Below, piece by piece: positions 1 through 8,735 of a stretch of 45,178 nt of DNA. This DNA comes from Flavobacteriaceae bacterium. GTDB taxonomy: Bacteria > Bacteroidota > Bacteroidia > Flavobacteriales > Flavobacteriaceae. The stretch is from NCBI GenBank assembly GCA_049609945.1, contig JBMYZB010000001.1, forward strand, positions 1 to 45,178, given 5' to 3'. The notes under the pieces are model-generated. The model saw only the letters and a program-made list of their open reading frames with translations. It was not told the origin of the DNA and searched no databases. Each line of letters opens with the position of its first letter. The stretch's first letter is position 1. The position numbers were made by a program, and so were the translations under genes.

Positions 1-1171
1 TTTCTAAACTAGATAAACTAGACATACTGATTGCTGGTCCAACTGAAGTAGTAACATCAGCATCTTTTGCTCCAGTGATATCTAAAGTTTCTAAGTCTGT
101 AGGAGTAGAAAAGGTAAGTGTAACCACCTCATCTGCAGAGAAAGACTCTACACCATCTTTAATAGTGAAAGCACCTTCGAAACCATTAACAGTAACGGAA
201 GCTACATCTTTAAATGTCATGCTTCCATCTTCAATGTTAGAAACATTGAAAGAAGCTGGTCCAGTAATATCTAGTGTAATATCTGATTGGTCTCCAGTAG
301 CATCTACGTCATCCATAACAAAAGGCATAGCAGCACCCTCATCAACAACAACAGTCAAAGATAATGGTGGGTAGTAAACCAATTTTGTTAAATGAAGTTC
401 AAGAGCTTTAGAGAAAGAAATGGTGTTATCAGTTCCGTCTGTCTGAAATTTTTGAACAGATGTCAATTCTCTAAAATCAATTTTAGTAACTTTAGACTTA
501 TAACTGTCCTTTAGATTAACGACAGTAGCAGATCCTAGAGTTTGGAAAATGTAATCACCTGCTTGATCAATTGTTAGGGTCTGTGTTCCAGTTAAATTAT
601 TAAAAGTAACAGGAGCAACAGATGATTGAGATGCTTCATAAGTAAAATGTCCAGTCGTAGTAAAAATATTATCTACTAATTCTTGTAACTTAGTTGCATC
701 CATGTCAGGCTTTGCAGTAATATCAACATTACCAGCAACAACATTTAAAGCTGAACCCATTTTGTGGTAAACATCTAATGTTGCAACAGAATTTACAGCA
801 ACACTCCCATTAAATACAGAAGAAGCTTCAAGTAATTCTTCTAGACTTTCTTGAGCTGAGTCTAAATCAGTAGCAATTGCATCAACTTCTTCAGAAGATG
901 CTACATTTTCCACTGCTTCAGAAATTTCAGCAACAGTGTCAGCTAAACCGTCAAGACCTGCTATAGTAGTAGCTGTAGAAGCTACTGTAGACTGCAGCGA
1001 GGAAACTGTTCCAGCTAAGCTTGCTAGATCACTCTGAACTTGAGCCAAACCAGCAACTTGCGAAGAAAGAGCCGCAATCTGGCTGTTCAAGTCATCAAAC
1101 TGATCGTCGTAATTTTGACACCCTACTGCAGCAACAGCAACGGCCAAAAGACTTAATAAACTTTTTTTCAT
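1..1171 (-). CDS. Surface lipoprotein, unknown family (5' complete, 3' end beyond the left window edge)
   Basis: Absent from the ORF track because it has no stop in the window. Hand reverse-complement translation from the ATG at 1171..1169 stays open to base 1 (390 codons): MKKSLLSLLAVAVAAVGCQNYDDQFDDLNSQIAALSSQVAGLAQVQSDLASLAGTVSSLQSTV... It has a signal peptide plus lipobox (AVGC). An Ala/Ser/Leu/Gln-rich heptad-like N-terminal stretch is followed by a Thr/Asp/Val-rich region. The listed + ORF 75..374 is its antisense shadow. Confidence 0.8.
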   Translation of the reverse strand, partial: MKKSLLSLLAVAVAAVGCQNYDDQFDDLNSQIAALSSQVAGLAQVQSDLASLAGTVSSLQSTVASTATTIAGLDGLADTVAEISEAVENVASSEEVDAIATDLDSAQESLEELLEASSVFNGSVAVNSVATLDVYHKMGSALNVVAGNVDITAKPDMDATKLQELVDNIFTTTGHFTYEASQSSVAPVTFNNLTGTQTLTIDQAGDYIFQTLGSATVVNLKDSYKSKVTKIDFRELTSVQKFQTDGTDNTISFSKALELHLTKLVYYPPLSLTVVVDEGAAMPFVMDDVDATGDQSDITLDITGPASFNVSNIEDGSMTFKDVASVTVNGFEGAFTIKDGVESFSADEVVTLTFSTPTDLETLDITGAKDADVTTSVGPAISMSSLSSLE

Positions 1172-1230
1172 TTTGATAAAAGATTAAAATTAAAATTAAT
1201 TATGTTAAACAATTGTTGTTTAATAAGCGT

Positions 1231-1238
1231 CAAAGATA
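1231..1238 (-). promoter_or_regulatory. Candidate Bacteroidota -7 box (TATCTTTG on minus strand) for the lipoprotein gene
   Basis: The plus strand reads CAAAGATA, which is TAnnTTTG on the minus strand, about 60 nt upstream of the ATG at 1171. This is a single short motif match only. Confidence 0.3.
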
Positions 1239-1393
1239 ATAAATTTTGAGGTTATCAACATATTATTAACACGAAACGTCAAAAAACAACTCATCAGGAA
1301 TTGCAATTACTGTGCCAAAGTGTTAAATATTTGTAAAAATCTCCCTTTTAAGGGCAAAAAAAAACGTGTTACCTTTGAGAAAACCTGTTTCAA

Positions 1394-2563
1394 ATGAAAA
1401 AATATATTGCCTTTTTATCGGCTTTAAGCTGTGTTTCTTGTCAAAACCCACCCCAAAAAGTATCTTCTTTAGAAGTTCGCGCTCGGACCATTCACGAAAA
1501 AGTGCCTACGTTAGATACGCATGATGATATTTCAGTGACCTATTTTACAGATAGCCTAAATTACAGCCAAGACACCCCCACCCAAGTGAACCTGCCCAAA
1601 ATGGAAGCTGGGGGTTTGGATGTGGCATGGTTTATTGTTTATACCGGGCAGGGCGATTTAAACTCGGCTGGCTATAACAAGGCTTTGGCCAATGCACAAG
1701 CCAAATTTGATGCCATTCATCGTTTGGTTGAAGTCTATGCCCCAGAACAGATAGGACTGGCCACCTCGGCCGCCGAAGTGCAACGCCTGCTTCAAACCGG
1801 TAAAAAAGTGGCCATGATCGGTGTAGAAAATGCCTATCCCCTAGGTATAGACACCTCCCTAGTCAAGGATTTTTATGATCAAGGGGCACGCTACATGTCG
1901 CTGGCACATAACGGCCACAGTCAATTTGCCGATTCCAACACGGGCGAGTTTGACGGTACGGTCCTCCACAATGGCTTATCGCCCTTGGGTAAGGAAGTGC
2001 TCAAAAAAATGAATTATTACGGTATTATGGTGGACTTGTCCCATTTGTCTAAAGAAGCGATTCGCCAATGTATTGCCCTTTCTAAAGCGCCTGTAATTGC
2101 CTCCCATTCCTCCGCAAGAGCACTTTCTGATCATCCCCGCAACTTAGACGATGAACAGTTGGGCTGGATCAAAGAAAATGGTGGCGTGGTGCAAGCCGTG
2201 GCTCTTGACACCTTTCTAAATAAAGAAAAAACAGAACATTTTGAAGCCGCTCGAGACAGCCTGTTAAAGGCCAATCCGCAGGCTGATTTAATTAACCTAG
2301 ATCCCGTAAACGTGTCGGACTTTGTAGATCACATCGACTATCTCATCGAAAAAATAGGCATCGACCATGTGGGCATCAGCTCCGATTTTGACGGCGGTGG
2401 TGGCATTGACGGGTGGCAAAATGCTTCAGAAACCTTTAATGTAACACTAGAATTGGTCAAACGAGGCTATTCCGAAGTCGAAATTGAAAAGATTTGGGGG
2501 GGTAATTTGCTTCGGGTGCTGGATGAAGTGGCTGTCGTGGCAGAAAGGTTGCAAAACAAGTAA
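1394..2563 (+). CDS. Membrane dipeptidase, peptidase family M19 (renal-dipeptidase-like), lipoprotein signal
   Basis: 389 aa. Signal plus Cys (LSALSCVSCQ). M19-type metal-ligand context is present: PTLDTHDDIS, VENAYPL, MVDLSHLS, IASHSSARAL, ISSDFDGGG. Confidence 0.85.
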   Translation: MKKYIAFLSALSCVSCQNPPQKVSSLEVRARTIHEKVPTLDTHDDISVTYFTDSLNYSQDTPTQVNLPKMEAGGLDVAWFIVYTGQGDLNSAGYNKALANAQAKFDAIHRLVEVYAPEQIGLATSAAEVQRLLQTGKKVAMIGVENAYPLGIDTSLVKDFYDQGARYMSLAHNGHSQFADSNTGEFDGTVLHNGLSPLGKEVLKKMNYYGIMVDLSHLSKEAIRQCIALSKAPVIASHSSARALSDHPRNLDDEQLGWIKENGGVVQAVALDTFLNKEKTEHFEAARDSLLKANPQADLINLDPVNVSDFVDHIDYLIEKIGIDHVGISSDFDGGGGIDGWQNASETFNVTLELVKRGYSEVEIEKIWGGNLLRVLDEVAVVAERLQNK

Positions 2564-2602
2564 GGGCAATAGCACTTGATACAATCGTGGGCTAGTAAAA
2601 TC

Positions 2603-3880
2603 CTATTTTAATTTTTGTTGTATCCAAAGTAGTAGATCGGTAATGCCTTGTTTTACTTCGGCCGTTGGTGCTGTGTAGTGATTTATCATTACCACAAAAA
2701 CAAAGGGCTCTCCGTGTTTGTTTAGGAGGTAGCCTGAAAGATTATGATTGTGCCGCAAGGTTCCGGTTTTGGCATAGAGATCAGGCACCGGATAATTTTT
2801 TAGTGTGCCGGAAAAACCTCCCTTTGGGAAAAGCGTTTGAATGGCCTTCCAACCCACTCTTTGATGAATTTTTTGAAGCACGGCACCTAAGGTTCTTGGC
2901 GTTATCATGTTGTATCGGGAAACACCAGAGCCATCCTCCCATGCTATGGGATCAGGCAGCCAATGCGCCCATTGGGTTAGTAGGCTGTCTATGGCAGTTT
3001 GGGTTTCCATTTGGCCATTATATTGTTCTGCAATCATCAATAATAAGGCCTCTGCAATGCCGTTGTCACTATCTTGCAAGAGCCCTTGATACAGTTGTTT
3101 TTCATGATGGGTATAGAGCGGTTGCCAAAGCAGGGTGTCTTTGACCGGGCGTTTGAGGGCTATCGGTTTTTGAATGGCCTGAGACAATAGGGTCGCAAAC
3201 AAGGAGTCGGAGGTAAGAAAGGGACGATATAGGGTGTCGTTTTCTTTCCAAGCCCGAGGATTGTAGGTGAAGGTATTTTTAAATCGATTTCTTTTGAGTT
3301 TTGGAGCTTCGCTGTCTTGCGTCGCAATAAATTCAAAGGCATCAGTGTTTGTTTTTAAGTGTCCCTCCTGAAATGTGGCTTGAAGGCTGTTGCCAAAGAT
3401 GGGAAAACTGTTTTTTTCTGCAGCAAAATAGTAGGAATAATCATCCCAAGACCAGCCGGGGCCTAACGGATGGGGAGGCTCTTGGGGTGCCCAATAGACC
3501 CACCGGACAGGCTGTTGAAAAAAGGCATCCAGTGCTTGATCTGGATAAAAAGGATGAAAAAGCAGCGGATAGCCGGAAGATTTAAATTGGATGAGGCTGT
3601 CGCCTTGTTGGTGGTAAAATAAGGAGGGAAGGGAATCAAATTGCTGTTGAGCAGCCAAAAAGGTGAGCAACTTCGTATTGGAGGCCGGGGTCATATAGCG
3701 ATTACTATTCCATTGTGCGATGGGCTTGTTTGCTGATAGAGGAGCCACATAAAGAGCCACTTGGGCTTGCTGAAAAGCCTCTATTTTAGTGAGTTGTTTT
3801 TGAATGCGCCTTTTACCAATGGATTGCCCTTGTAAAACAAAAGCACAAAATAAAAAACCGATAAAAAAACTTTTTCTCAT
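2603..3880 (-). CDS. dacB: D-alanyl-D-alanine carboxypeptidase/endopeptidase (PBP4, peptidase S13)
   Basis: 425 aa with a signal peptide. Contains the SxxK motif (PASNTKLLT), an SGT-type motif (FSGTLKN) and the KTG motif (YAKTGTL). The + strand ORFs 2665..3144, 2907..3089 and 3349..3585 are shadows. Confidence 0.85.
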   Translation of the reverse strand: MRKSFFIGFLFCAFVLQGQSIGKRRIQKQLTKIEAFQQAQVALYVAPLSANKPIAQWNSNRYMTPASNTKLLTFLAAQQQFDSLPSLFYHQQGDSLIQFKSSGYPLLFHPFYPDQALDAFFQQPVRWVYWAPQEPPHPLGPGWSWDDYSYYFAAEKNSFPIFGNSLQATFQEGHLKTNTDAFEFIATQDSEAPKLKRNRFKNTFTYNPRAWKENDTLYRPFLTSDSLFATLLSQAIQKPIALKRPVKDTLLWQPLYTHHEKQLYQGLLQDSDNGIAEALLLMIAEQYNGQMETQTAIDSLLTQWAHWLPDPIAWEDGSGVSRYNMITPRTLGAVLQKIHQRVGWKAIQTLFPKGGFSGTLKNYPVPDLYAKTGTLRHNHNLSGYLLNKHGEPFVFVVMINHYTAPTAEVKQGITDLLLWIQQKLK

Positions 3881-3952
3881 GGTTTAAAGATAGCAAAAGG
3901 GTGCGACTCAAGTTCAGAGCCGCTTACCTTTAGCAACTTAGACAGTGCCTGC

Positions 3953-4436
3953 GTGGCTCGCTTTACGCAATGGCTGTTGGAAGAAAAAAAATTTAGTGAA
4001 AATTATGCTGGCCGCTTGTTGGGTGCGCTTAAAACCCTGTGCTTAGATGCCAAAAAAAAACGGGGGCAAGGTGCATCCGTACACCCAACATATTTCCGGC
4101 TTCACCCAACATCAACGGGCACGAGTCATCAACATCCTCACCCTCAAAGAAGTACTGCGCTTGGCGGGTATCAACCAAAAGGTGCAGGGGTATAAATTTA
4201 GTGCCAAAACCCATCGTAAAGAATGGGGTTTCTTTCCTAAATACACAGTCATTACAGCCCATTATCTACGGCGGTCTTTTGCTACTAATTTTTTTGGGAA
4301 AATCCCCACTCCAATACTCATGCAAAAGACTGGCCACAGCAAAGAAAGCACCTTTATGAGCTATATTGGTCGAGACCCCAACCGAGATGCCTATGCCGAT
4401 GCCTTTATGGAAGGGGTGCTTAGTTTGTCTAGATGA
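3953..4436 (+). pseudogene. Decayed tyrosine recombinase (phage-type integrase) remnant, frameshifted and internally deleted
   Basis: Integrase-like sequence is split over two frames. Frame of 3953: FTQWLLEEKKFSENYAGRLLGALKTLCLDAKKK (SAM-like N-domain style). Frame of 4047: ...ILTLKEVLRLAG...ITAHYLRRSFATNFFGKIPTPILMQKTGHSKESTFMSYIG (the H-x-x-R box and the H...Y C-terminal catalytic region). The frame switch coincides with the A9 tract at about 4050-4058. The total is about 160 aa versus roughly 400 aa for intact relatives, and the region carrying the first catalytic Arg is missing. Confidence 0.7.
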
Positions 4437-4573
4437 TATTGGCACGCGATTGCATAAAACTTACCCACCCCTAGCAAGGGGGGTTAGGGGGGTGTCAAAA
4501 CCCAAACCCTTGTTTAGTTCCCAAAAATCTCTGATTCAAAAAAAAACACCCCTGATTTTGTTTCACAAAATCA

Positions 4574-4595
4574 TTCCCCTCTCTATAGAGGGGAA
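4574..4595. terminator. Hairpin (9-bp stem, 4-nt loop), likely terminator downstream of the TonB-dependent receptor gene
   Basis: ttcccctct-ctat-agaggggaa is a perfect inverted repeat. It lies about 40 nt past the stop of the minus-strand gene ending at 4635, and T-rich sequence follows on the minus strand (AATGATTTTGTG). Confidence 0.4.
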
Positions 4596-4634
4596 AAGGT
4601 TTTCAATTAATACGATTTAACCCTTTCCTCTTTC

Positions 4635-6656
4635 TTAAAGCCCCACCCTAAGGCCAACATAAAAATTACGCCCCGGAGCCGGTTCATAGTAACGCTTGCC
4701 AAAGGCATTCAAACGTATGTTGTCAAAATAAGAAGTATTTAACACATTGTTTATACCTCCCAAAAGGGAGAGTGTACCCCCCGAAAAAGGGATGCTTTTG
4801 ACCGCTTGAAAATGCATGAGTTGATAATTTTCTATGGCCACGGCATTAGCATCATCGGCATAAAAACGCCCGGTATGTTGCCCCTCCAATTGCAACGCCC
4901 ATTTAGAGTTTGAGTGGTAACGAACTCTAAATTGTGCCTGTTGTTGCGGCAGCCCAGGTAAGGCCTTACCAGACAAACTGCCGGAATGAATTTGAAATCG
5001 AGCTTGCGTAAAAGCCACTTCTCCCTCCCAATGTTGCCATTCAAATTCCCACTGCACTTCGAGGCCATAGCGGCGGGTAGCTCCTGCATTTTTATAAAAA
5101 GAACGCCCCGGAAAAGCTTCTAGTTCATAGGGTAAAATTTCGTTAGTAGAACGAATATAGAACAATGTTGCCTCCAAACGATTAGAGTTATTGCTCAACC
5201 GCCAACCTACCTCATAATTTTGCGCTTTAGAAGGGTCTAGCGTTTCATTAAAACCTTCTTGCCCGGTGGGGTTTGCAGAAAGCTCGCTCATGGTGGGGGT
5301 TTCAAAACTAGTAGAGAAATTGGCAAACCATCCTATACCGCTGCCCAGTGGCTGATAGAATCCAACCCCCGGATTAAAGGCAACATAATCACGGGCGGTG
5401 GAGGCCTTATTTAACCCTATACGTTGTTGATCTAATCGAAAACTGGAACGAAACCAACCCTTGCCCAAGGCAATTTCATCCATACGAAAAACGGAACCAG
5501 CTGCAAATTGCTCTAATTGAGAAAACGTTTGTCCGCCCTGAATTCCTTTTAAATTAGCGTAACGGTCCCGTTGATCGGCTTGTTCAGCCCATTCTATGCC
5601 CATTTGCCAGCGATGTTTAGGGTTCACTTTTTTTAAAGCCATGCCAAAACCATAATAATTTCGTTTTAAATCTACTATTCCACCTGCCTCAAAAGGTAAT
5701 TTTCCATAAAAATCTCGAAAAGAATAAAACGCATAAGAGGTCCAATCCAATCCGGATTGAAGCTCTTTTTTCCATTGCACTCCTGTTTTAAAATGATTGA
5801 TCTTTTCATAGGTATCATACTCCACGTTGCGTTTTCGTGCTTGACTGCGATCGGTCTGAGATTCTTCCAAGGTGAGCCCCCCCGGGTCTCCAGCTTGAGG
5901 ACTATTGGTATAATTCAATTGCCAGAGGAGTTTAGAATCTTTTGAAAATTGATGCGTAAGCTTGGCATTAAATTGCCGCTGCTTAAGTTGACTTTGTTTT
6001 CTAAATCCCTGTGTGTTTAATACCGTTTCAAACAATAAAAGTTTGGTCTTTTTTGAACTTATATATTGTTGTGCCTGAAAAGACTGCAAACCATAACTCC
6101 CTAACAGGGAGGCAAAACGAACCGCATCACCGGGCAAAGAATCCATAGTACTAAGATAGAGCACACCCCCGGCTGCATTGCCATAAAGACTGGAGGCAGG
6201 GCCTCTTAATATTTCGATACGTTCAATTAGGGGCAAAGGAATATTATCTACTTGGCCTTGCCCATCGGGTGTGGTTTCTGGAATGCCATCCACCACCACT
6301 TTAACCCCTCTGATTCCAAATGCCGCCCGGGCACCAAACCCTCTAATGGCCAAACGCAAATCTTGAGCGTAATTATTGGCGTTGAGCGTGAAAAGCCCCG
6401 GCACTTGTCGCAAATATTCTTGCAAAGACAATTGTTGATGATACACTTGTCGTTGGCTAAAATCATACACACTCAAAGCCTGCGATTGGGTTTCTCGAGC
6501 ACTGTTGAGTTTAGTGCTTTGCAACTCAACGGCATCTAAAGTAATGGTGCTTGTAGCTGTGGGTTGTTGACCATAAAGCCCATAGATACAGAACAAAAAA
6601 AAGGTGTTGTAAAAAAAACATTTATATGTGAAAAAAATTGGACTTTTAAACTGCAT
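4635..6656 (-). CDS. TonB-dependent outer-membrane receptor (non-SusC type)
   Basis: Plug-domain signatures are present (TITLDAVEL TonB-box-like, IRGFGAR, IEILRGPASSLYG), followed by a long beta-barrel ending YVGLRVGL. I moved the start to Met31 (cat at 6654-6656), where the signal-like FFLFCIYGLYGQQ begins. There is no carboxypeptidase-regulatory N-domain and no adjacent SusD. Confidence 0.9.
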   Translation of the reverse strand: MQFKSPIFFTYKCFFYNTFFLFCIYGLYGQQPTATSTITLDAVELQSTKLNSARETQSQALSVYDFSQRQVYHQQLSLQEYLRQVPGLFTLNANNYAQDLRLAIRGFGARAAFGIRGVKVVVDGIPETTPDGQGQVDNIPLPLIERIEILRGPASSLYGNAAGGVLYLSTMDSLPGDAVRFASLLGSYGLQSFQAQQYISSKKTKLLLFETVLNTQGFRKQSQLKQRQFNAKLTHQFSKDSKLLWQLNYTNSPQAGDPGGLTLEESQTDRSQARKRNVEYDTYEKINHFKTGVQWKKELQSGLDWTSYAFYSFRDFYGKLPFEAGGIVDLKRNYYGFGMALKKVNPKHRWQMGIEWAEQADQRDRYANLKGIQGGQTFSQLEQFAAGSVFRMDEIALGKGWFRSSFRLDQQRIGLNKASTARDYVAFNPGVGFYQPLGSGIGWFANFSTSFETPTMSELSANPTGQEGFNETLDPSKAQNYEVGWRLSNNSNRLEATLFYIRSTNEILPYELEAFPGRSFYKNAGATRRYGLEVQWEFEWQHWEGEVAFTQARFQIHSGSLSGKALPGLPQQQAQFRVRYHSNSKWALQLEGQHTGRFYADDANAVAIENYQLMHFQAVKSIPFSGGTLSLLGGINNVLNTSYFDNIRLNAFGKRYYEPAPGRNFYVGLRVGL

Positions 6657-6693
6657 CCCGCTGAGTTTTTTAAATTTGGTGCAAGATAAGAAT

Positions 6694-6927
6694 ATGTATT
6701 TATCCGAATTTGAAGAAATTATCGCTTTCATAGTTTGTGGGCTCATTTTGGTTGCCTTTGGAGTGAGTACCTATCAGAATATTAAAACAACCATTGCAGA
6801 AGAAAAAGAAAAGGAGGCAGAAAAAAAAGAAAATGAAGAAAAAGTGAAAGTGCTTATTAAATATTTTAAAGCTAAAACAGCCCTCCTTAAAAAAATTGAA
6901 CAAATCAAAAAACAATCGGGAAAATAG
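6694..6927 (+). CDS. Hypothetical small membrane protein with Lys/Glu-rich tail
   Basis: This is the internal Met of ORF 6628..6927, chosen to avoid overlap with the receptor gene: MYLSEFEEIIAFIVCGLILVAFGVSTYQNIK plus EEKEKEAEKKENEEK... It has one predicted TM helix and low-complexity sequence, and could be spurious. Confidence 0.3.
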   Translation: MYLSEFEEIIAFIVCGLILVAFGVSTYQNIKTTIAEEKEKEAEKKENEEKVKVLIKYFKAKTALLKKIEQIKKQSGK

Positions 6928-6946
6928 AAATTAAAAAATTTTATAA

Positions 6947-6954
6947 TATATTTG
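6947..6954 (+). promoter_or_regulatory. Candidate -7 box TATATTTG upstream of the pirin gene
   Basis: Exact TAnnTTTG match 46 nt upstream of the ATG at 7000, in an AT-rich spacer. Confidence 0.35.
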
Positions 6955-6999
6955 TATATACAACTATTGTTTTTACAAACAAAATAGGCTAATTAAAAA

Positions 7000-7710
7000 A
7001 TGAAAAAGATATTTCACGCCGCCCACACCCGAGGAAATGCCGACCATGGGTGGCTCAAAGCAAAGCACTCTTTTAGTTTTGCCAATTATTTTAATCCCGA
7101 GCGCATTCAATTTGGAGCTTTACGGGTGCTAAATGATGATATTATTGCGCCCGGTATGGGTTTTGGAACCCATCCTCACAACAACATGGAAATTATCACT
7201 ATCCCTTTGGAGGGGGCCTTGGAACACAAAGATAGTATGGATAATTCAGGGGTGATTACATCCAATGAAATTCAAGTAATGAGCGCCGGAACTGGCATTT
7301 ATCACAGCGAATATAATCATCACAAAGATGAAAAAACTAATATTTTACAGCTTTGGGTATTTCCAAACCAGCAAGACGTATCACCCCGTTATGATCAAAT
7401 GTCTATTGAAAGTCTTAAAAAGCCTAATAGTCTTTATCAAGTGGTTTCGCCTAACCCACAAGATGCGGGTATGTGGATTCACCAAGACGCCTGGTTTCAT
7501 TTGGGCGAATTTGATCAAGATACGGTCTTTCAGTATGAAATGCATAAACCCAATAACGGTGTATATGCCTTTATTATTGAAGGGCAATTTACTATTGCCG
7601 AACACATCTTAGAAAAAAGAGATGCCTTGGGCATTTCAGAAACAAACACCTTTAAAGTGTTGGCCTCAAAAAACAGTAGAATTTTAACGGTGGAAGTTCC
7701 CATGCATTAA
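7000..7710 (+). CDS. Pirin family protein (bicupin)
   Basis: 236 aa. RGNADHGWLKAKHSFSFANYFNPERIQFGALRVLNDDIIAPGMGFGTHPHNNMEIITIPLEGALEHKDS is the classic pirin N-terminal cupin with its His ligands. Confidence 0.9.
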   Translation: MKKIFHAAHTRGNADHGWLKAKHSFSFANYFNPERIQFGALRVLNDDIIAPGMGFGTHPHNNMEIITIPLEGALEHKDSMDNSGVITSNEIQVMSAGTGIYHSEYNHHKDEKTNILQLWVFPNQQDVSPRYDQMSIESLKKPNSLYQVVSPNPQDAGMWIHQDAWFHLGEFDQDTVFQYEMHKPNNGVYAFIIEGQFTIAEHILEKRDALGISETNTFKVLASKNSRILTVEVPMH

Positions 7711-7718
7711 ACCCTCTT

Positions 7719-7877
7719 ATGAAAAATTGGACAGCAGAAACATTATTGGCACACTACAAAGAAATAATAGACCACGGTGGTTACATTGATTCAGTGCATA
7801 AAATCAAATTGCTTACCACCATCGAAATGATCGAAAAAACCTTGGCTGAAAGCACTCATTCAAACACTCTTACATAG
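7719..7877 (+). CDS. Possible 52-aa small ORF, function unknown
   Basis: Below the ORF-track cutoff. An ATG 8 nt after the pirin stop gives MKNWTAETLLAHYKEIIDHGGYIDSVHKIKLLTTIEMIEKTLAESTHSNTLT*. It overlaps the 3' end of the convergent GH16 gene by 22 nt. No family recognised. Confidence 0.2.
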   Translation: MKNWTAETLLAHYKEIIDHGGYIDSVHKIKLLTTIEMIEKTLAESTHSNTLT

Positions 7878-8668
7878 TCTATTATATATTCCTTTGGGAA
7901 CTGAATCTCGGCATCCACAGGGCCACCAAAATTACCCCCAACAGCCATATTGAGTAAAAGATAAAAAGGTTTGTTAAATGGCCAAGTTTCATCGTTTTTT
8001 ATGGTGGGTGCATATTTATATACCTCTTTGTTGTCTAATAGAAAAGTAATCGCTGTGGGGGTCCAATGAAGGGCAAACACATGAAAGTCATCCTCTATGT
8101 TTGGGTAGGAAGTTACTTTAGTATTAACGGAATTACCATAACTGCTTTGAGTATGCAGCGTGTTAAACACTTCTCCTGGGCGGCGCCCTACATATTCCAT
8201 GATATCAATTTCGCCACAAAGCGGCCACCCTTTACTGTCAATATCGCTGCCTAGTGCCCAAAAAGCTGGCCAAAGGCCAACCCCTGTAGGCACCTTGATT
8301 CGGGCTTCAATTTTACCGTATTGAAATTCTTTTTTGCCCTTAGTGGTAATGCGTGTAGAACTGTAGCCCTGAGCTTCTTTTTGCGCTGAAATAATAAGCA
8401 TACCATCTTCGATGCGATGATTCTGATTGGTATATACTTGCAATTCGTTGTTCCCCCAACCGCACAAATTAGGACAACCGTCACCCAATTCAAAATTCCA
8501 AAACGTTTCGTTTAAAGTGGGTTCATTAAAATCATCTTCCCATACCAAGGTGTCAAAAGTATCATCAAAAGGTTCTTGTGTCAAGTCAATGGAGTCTGAA
8601 GCATCTTCTCCTTCAGAGCTACACACTACTAACAATAGAAAAAAGCTTAAATAAATCGATCTATGCAT
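7856..8668 (-). CDS. Glycoside hydrolase family 16 (laminarinase / beta-1,3-glucanase-like), lipoprotein
   Basis: Contains the GH16 catalytic motif ExDxxE (GEIDIMEY) together with WPAFWALG and LLLNMAVGG. Start set at Met24 (MHRSIYLSFFLLLVVCSSEG, a lipoprotein signal). Confidence 0.9.
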   Translation of the reverse strand: MHRSIYLSFFLLLVVCSSEGEDASDSIDLTQEPFDDTFDTLVWEDDFNEPTLNETFWNFELGDGCPNLCGWGNNELQVYTNQNHRIEDGMLIISAQKEAQGYSSTRITTKGKKEFQYGKIEARIKVPTGVGLWPAFWALGSDIDSKGWPLCGEIDIMEYVGRRPGEVFNTLHTQSSYGNSVNTKVTSYPNIEDDFHVFALHWTPTAITFLLDNKEVYKYAPTIKNDETWPFNKPFYLLLNMAVGGNFGGPVDAEIQFPKEYIIDYVRVFE

Positions 8669-8735
8669 TATAGGGTTGCTTTTTGCTAATGTAGCTATTT
8701 GTATCTTTAATCCAAAACTATTTGGTTTACAAGAC

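Noticed and set aside
75-374. Listed + strand ORF of 99 aa at the left edge
   Set aside because: It lies entirely antisense to a 390-codon open frame with a convincing lipoprotein N-terminus. Its Ser/Thr/Val-rich product is the typical shadow of a GCT/GTT/ACT-rich gene.
2665-3585. Several + strand ORFs (159, 60 and 78 aa) inside the PBP4 gene. Similar antisense or out-of-frame ORFs occur inside other long genes, e.g. 4832..5089, 11018..11260, 12699..13424, 17477..18141, 23019..23329, 26012..26916, 33534..33923, 42302..43016 and 44308..44682.
   Set aside because: All are nested within longer ORFs that carry clear family motifs. None has motifs of its own, and the products are Arg/Cys/Trp/Pro-rich in the manner typical of non-coding frames.
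4366-4620. 84-aa + ORF spanning the spacer after the integrase relic
   Set aside because: It runs through G/C-run palindromes and the terminator hairpin. It has no start context or motif, and is most likely non-coding spacer.
4635-6656. The idea that the TonB-dependent receptor is the SusC of the downstream CAZyme cluster
   Set aside because: It lacks the SusC-type N-terminal extension, has no SusD-like neighbour, and is separated from the CAZyme genes by more than 20 kb of unrelated genes.
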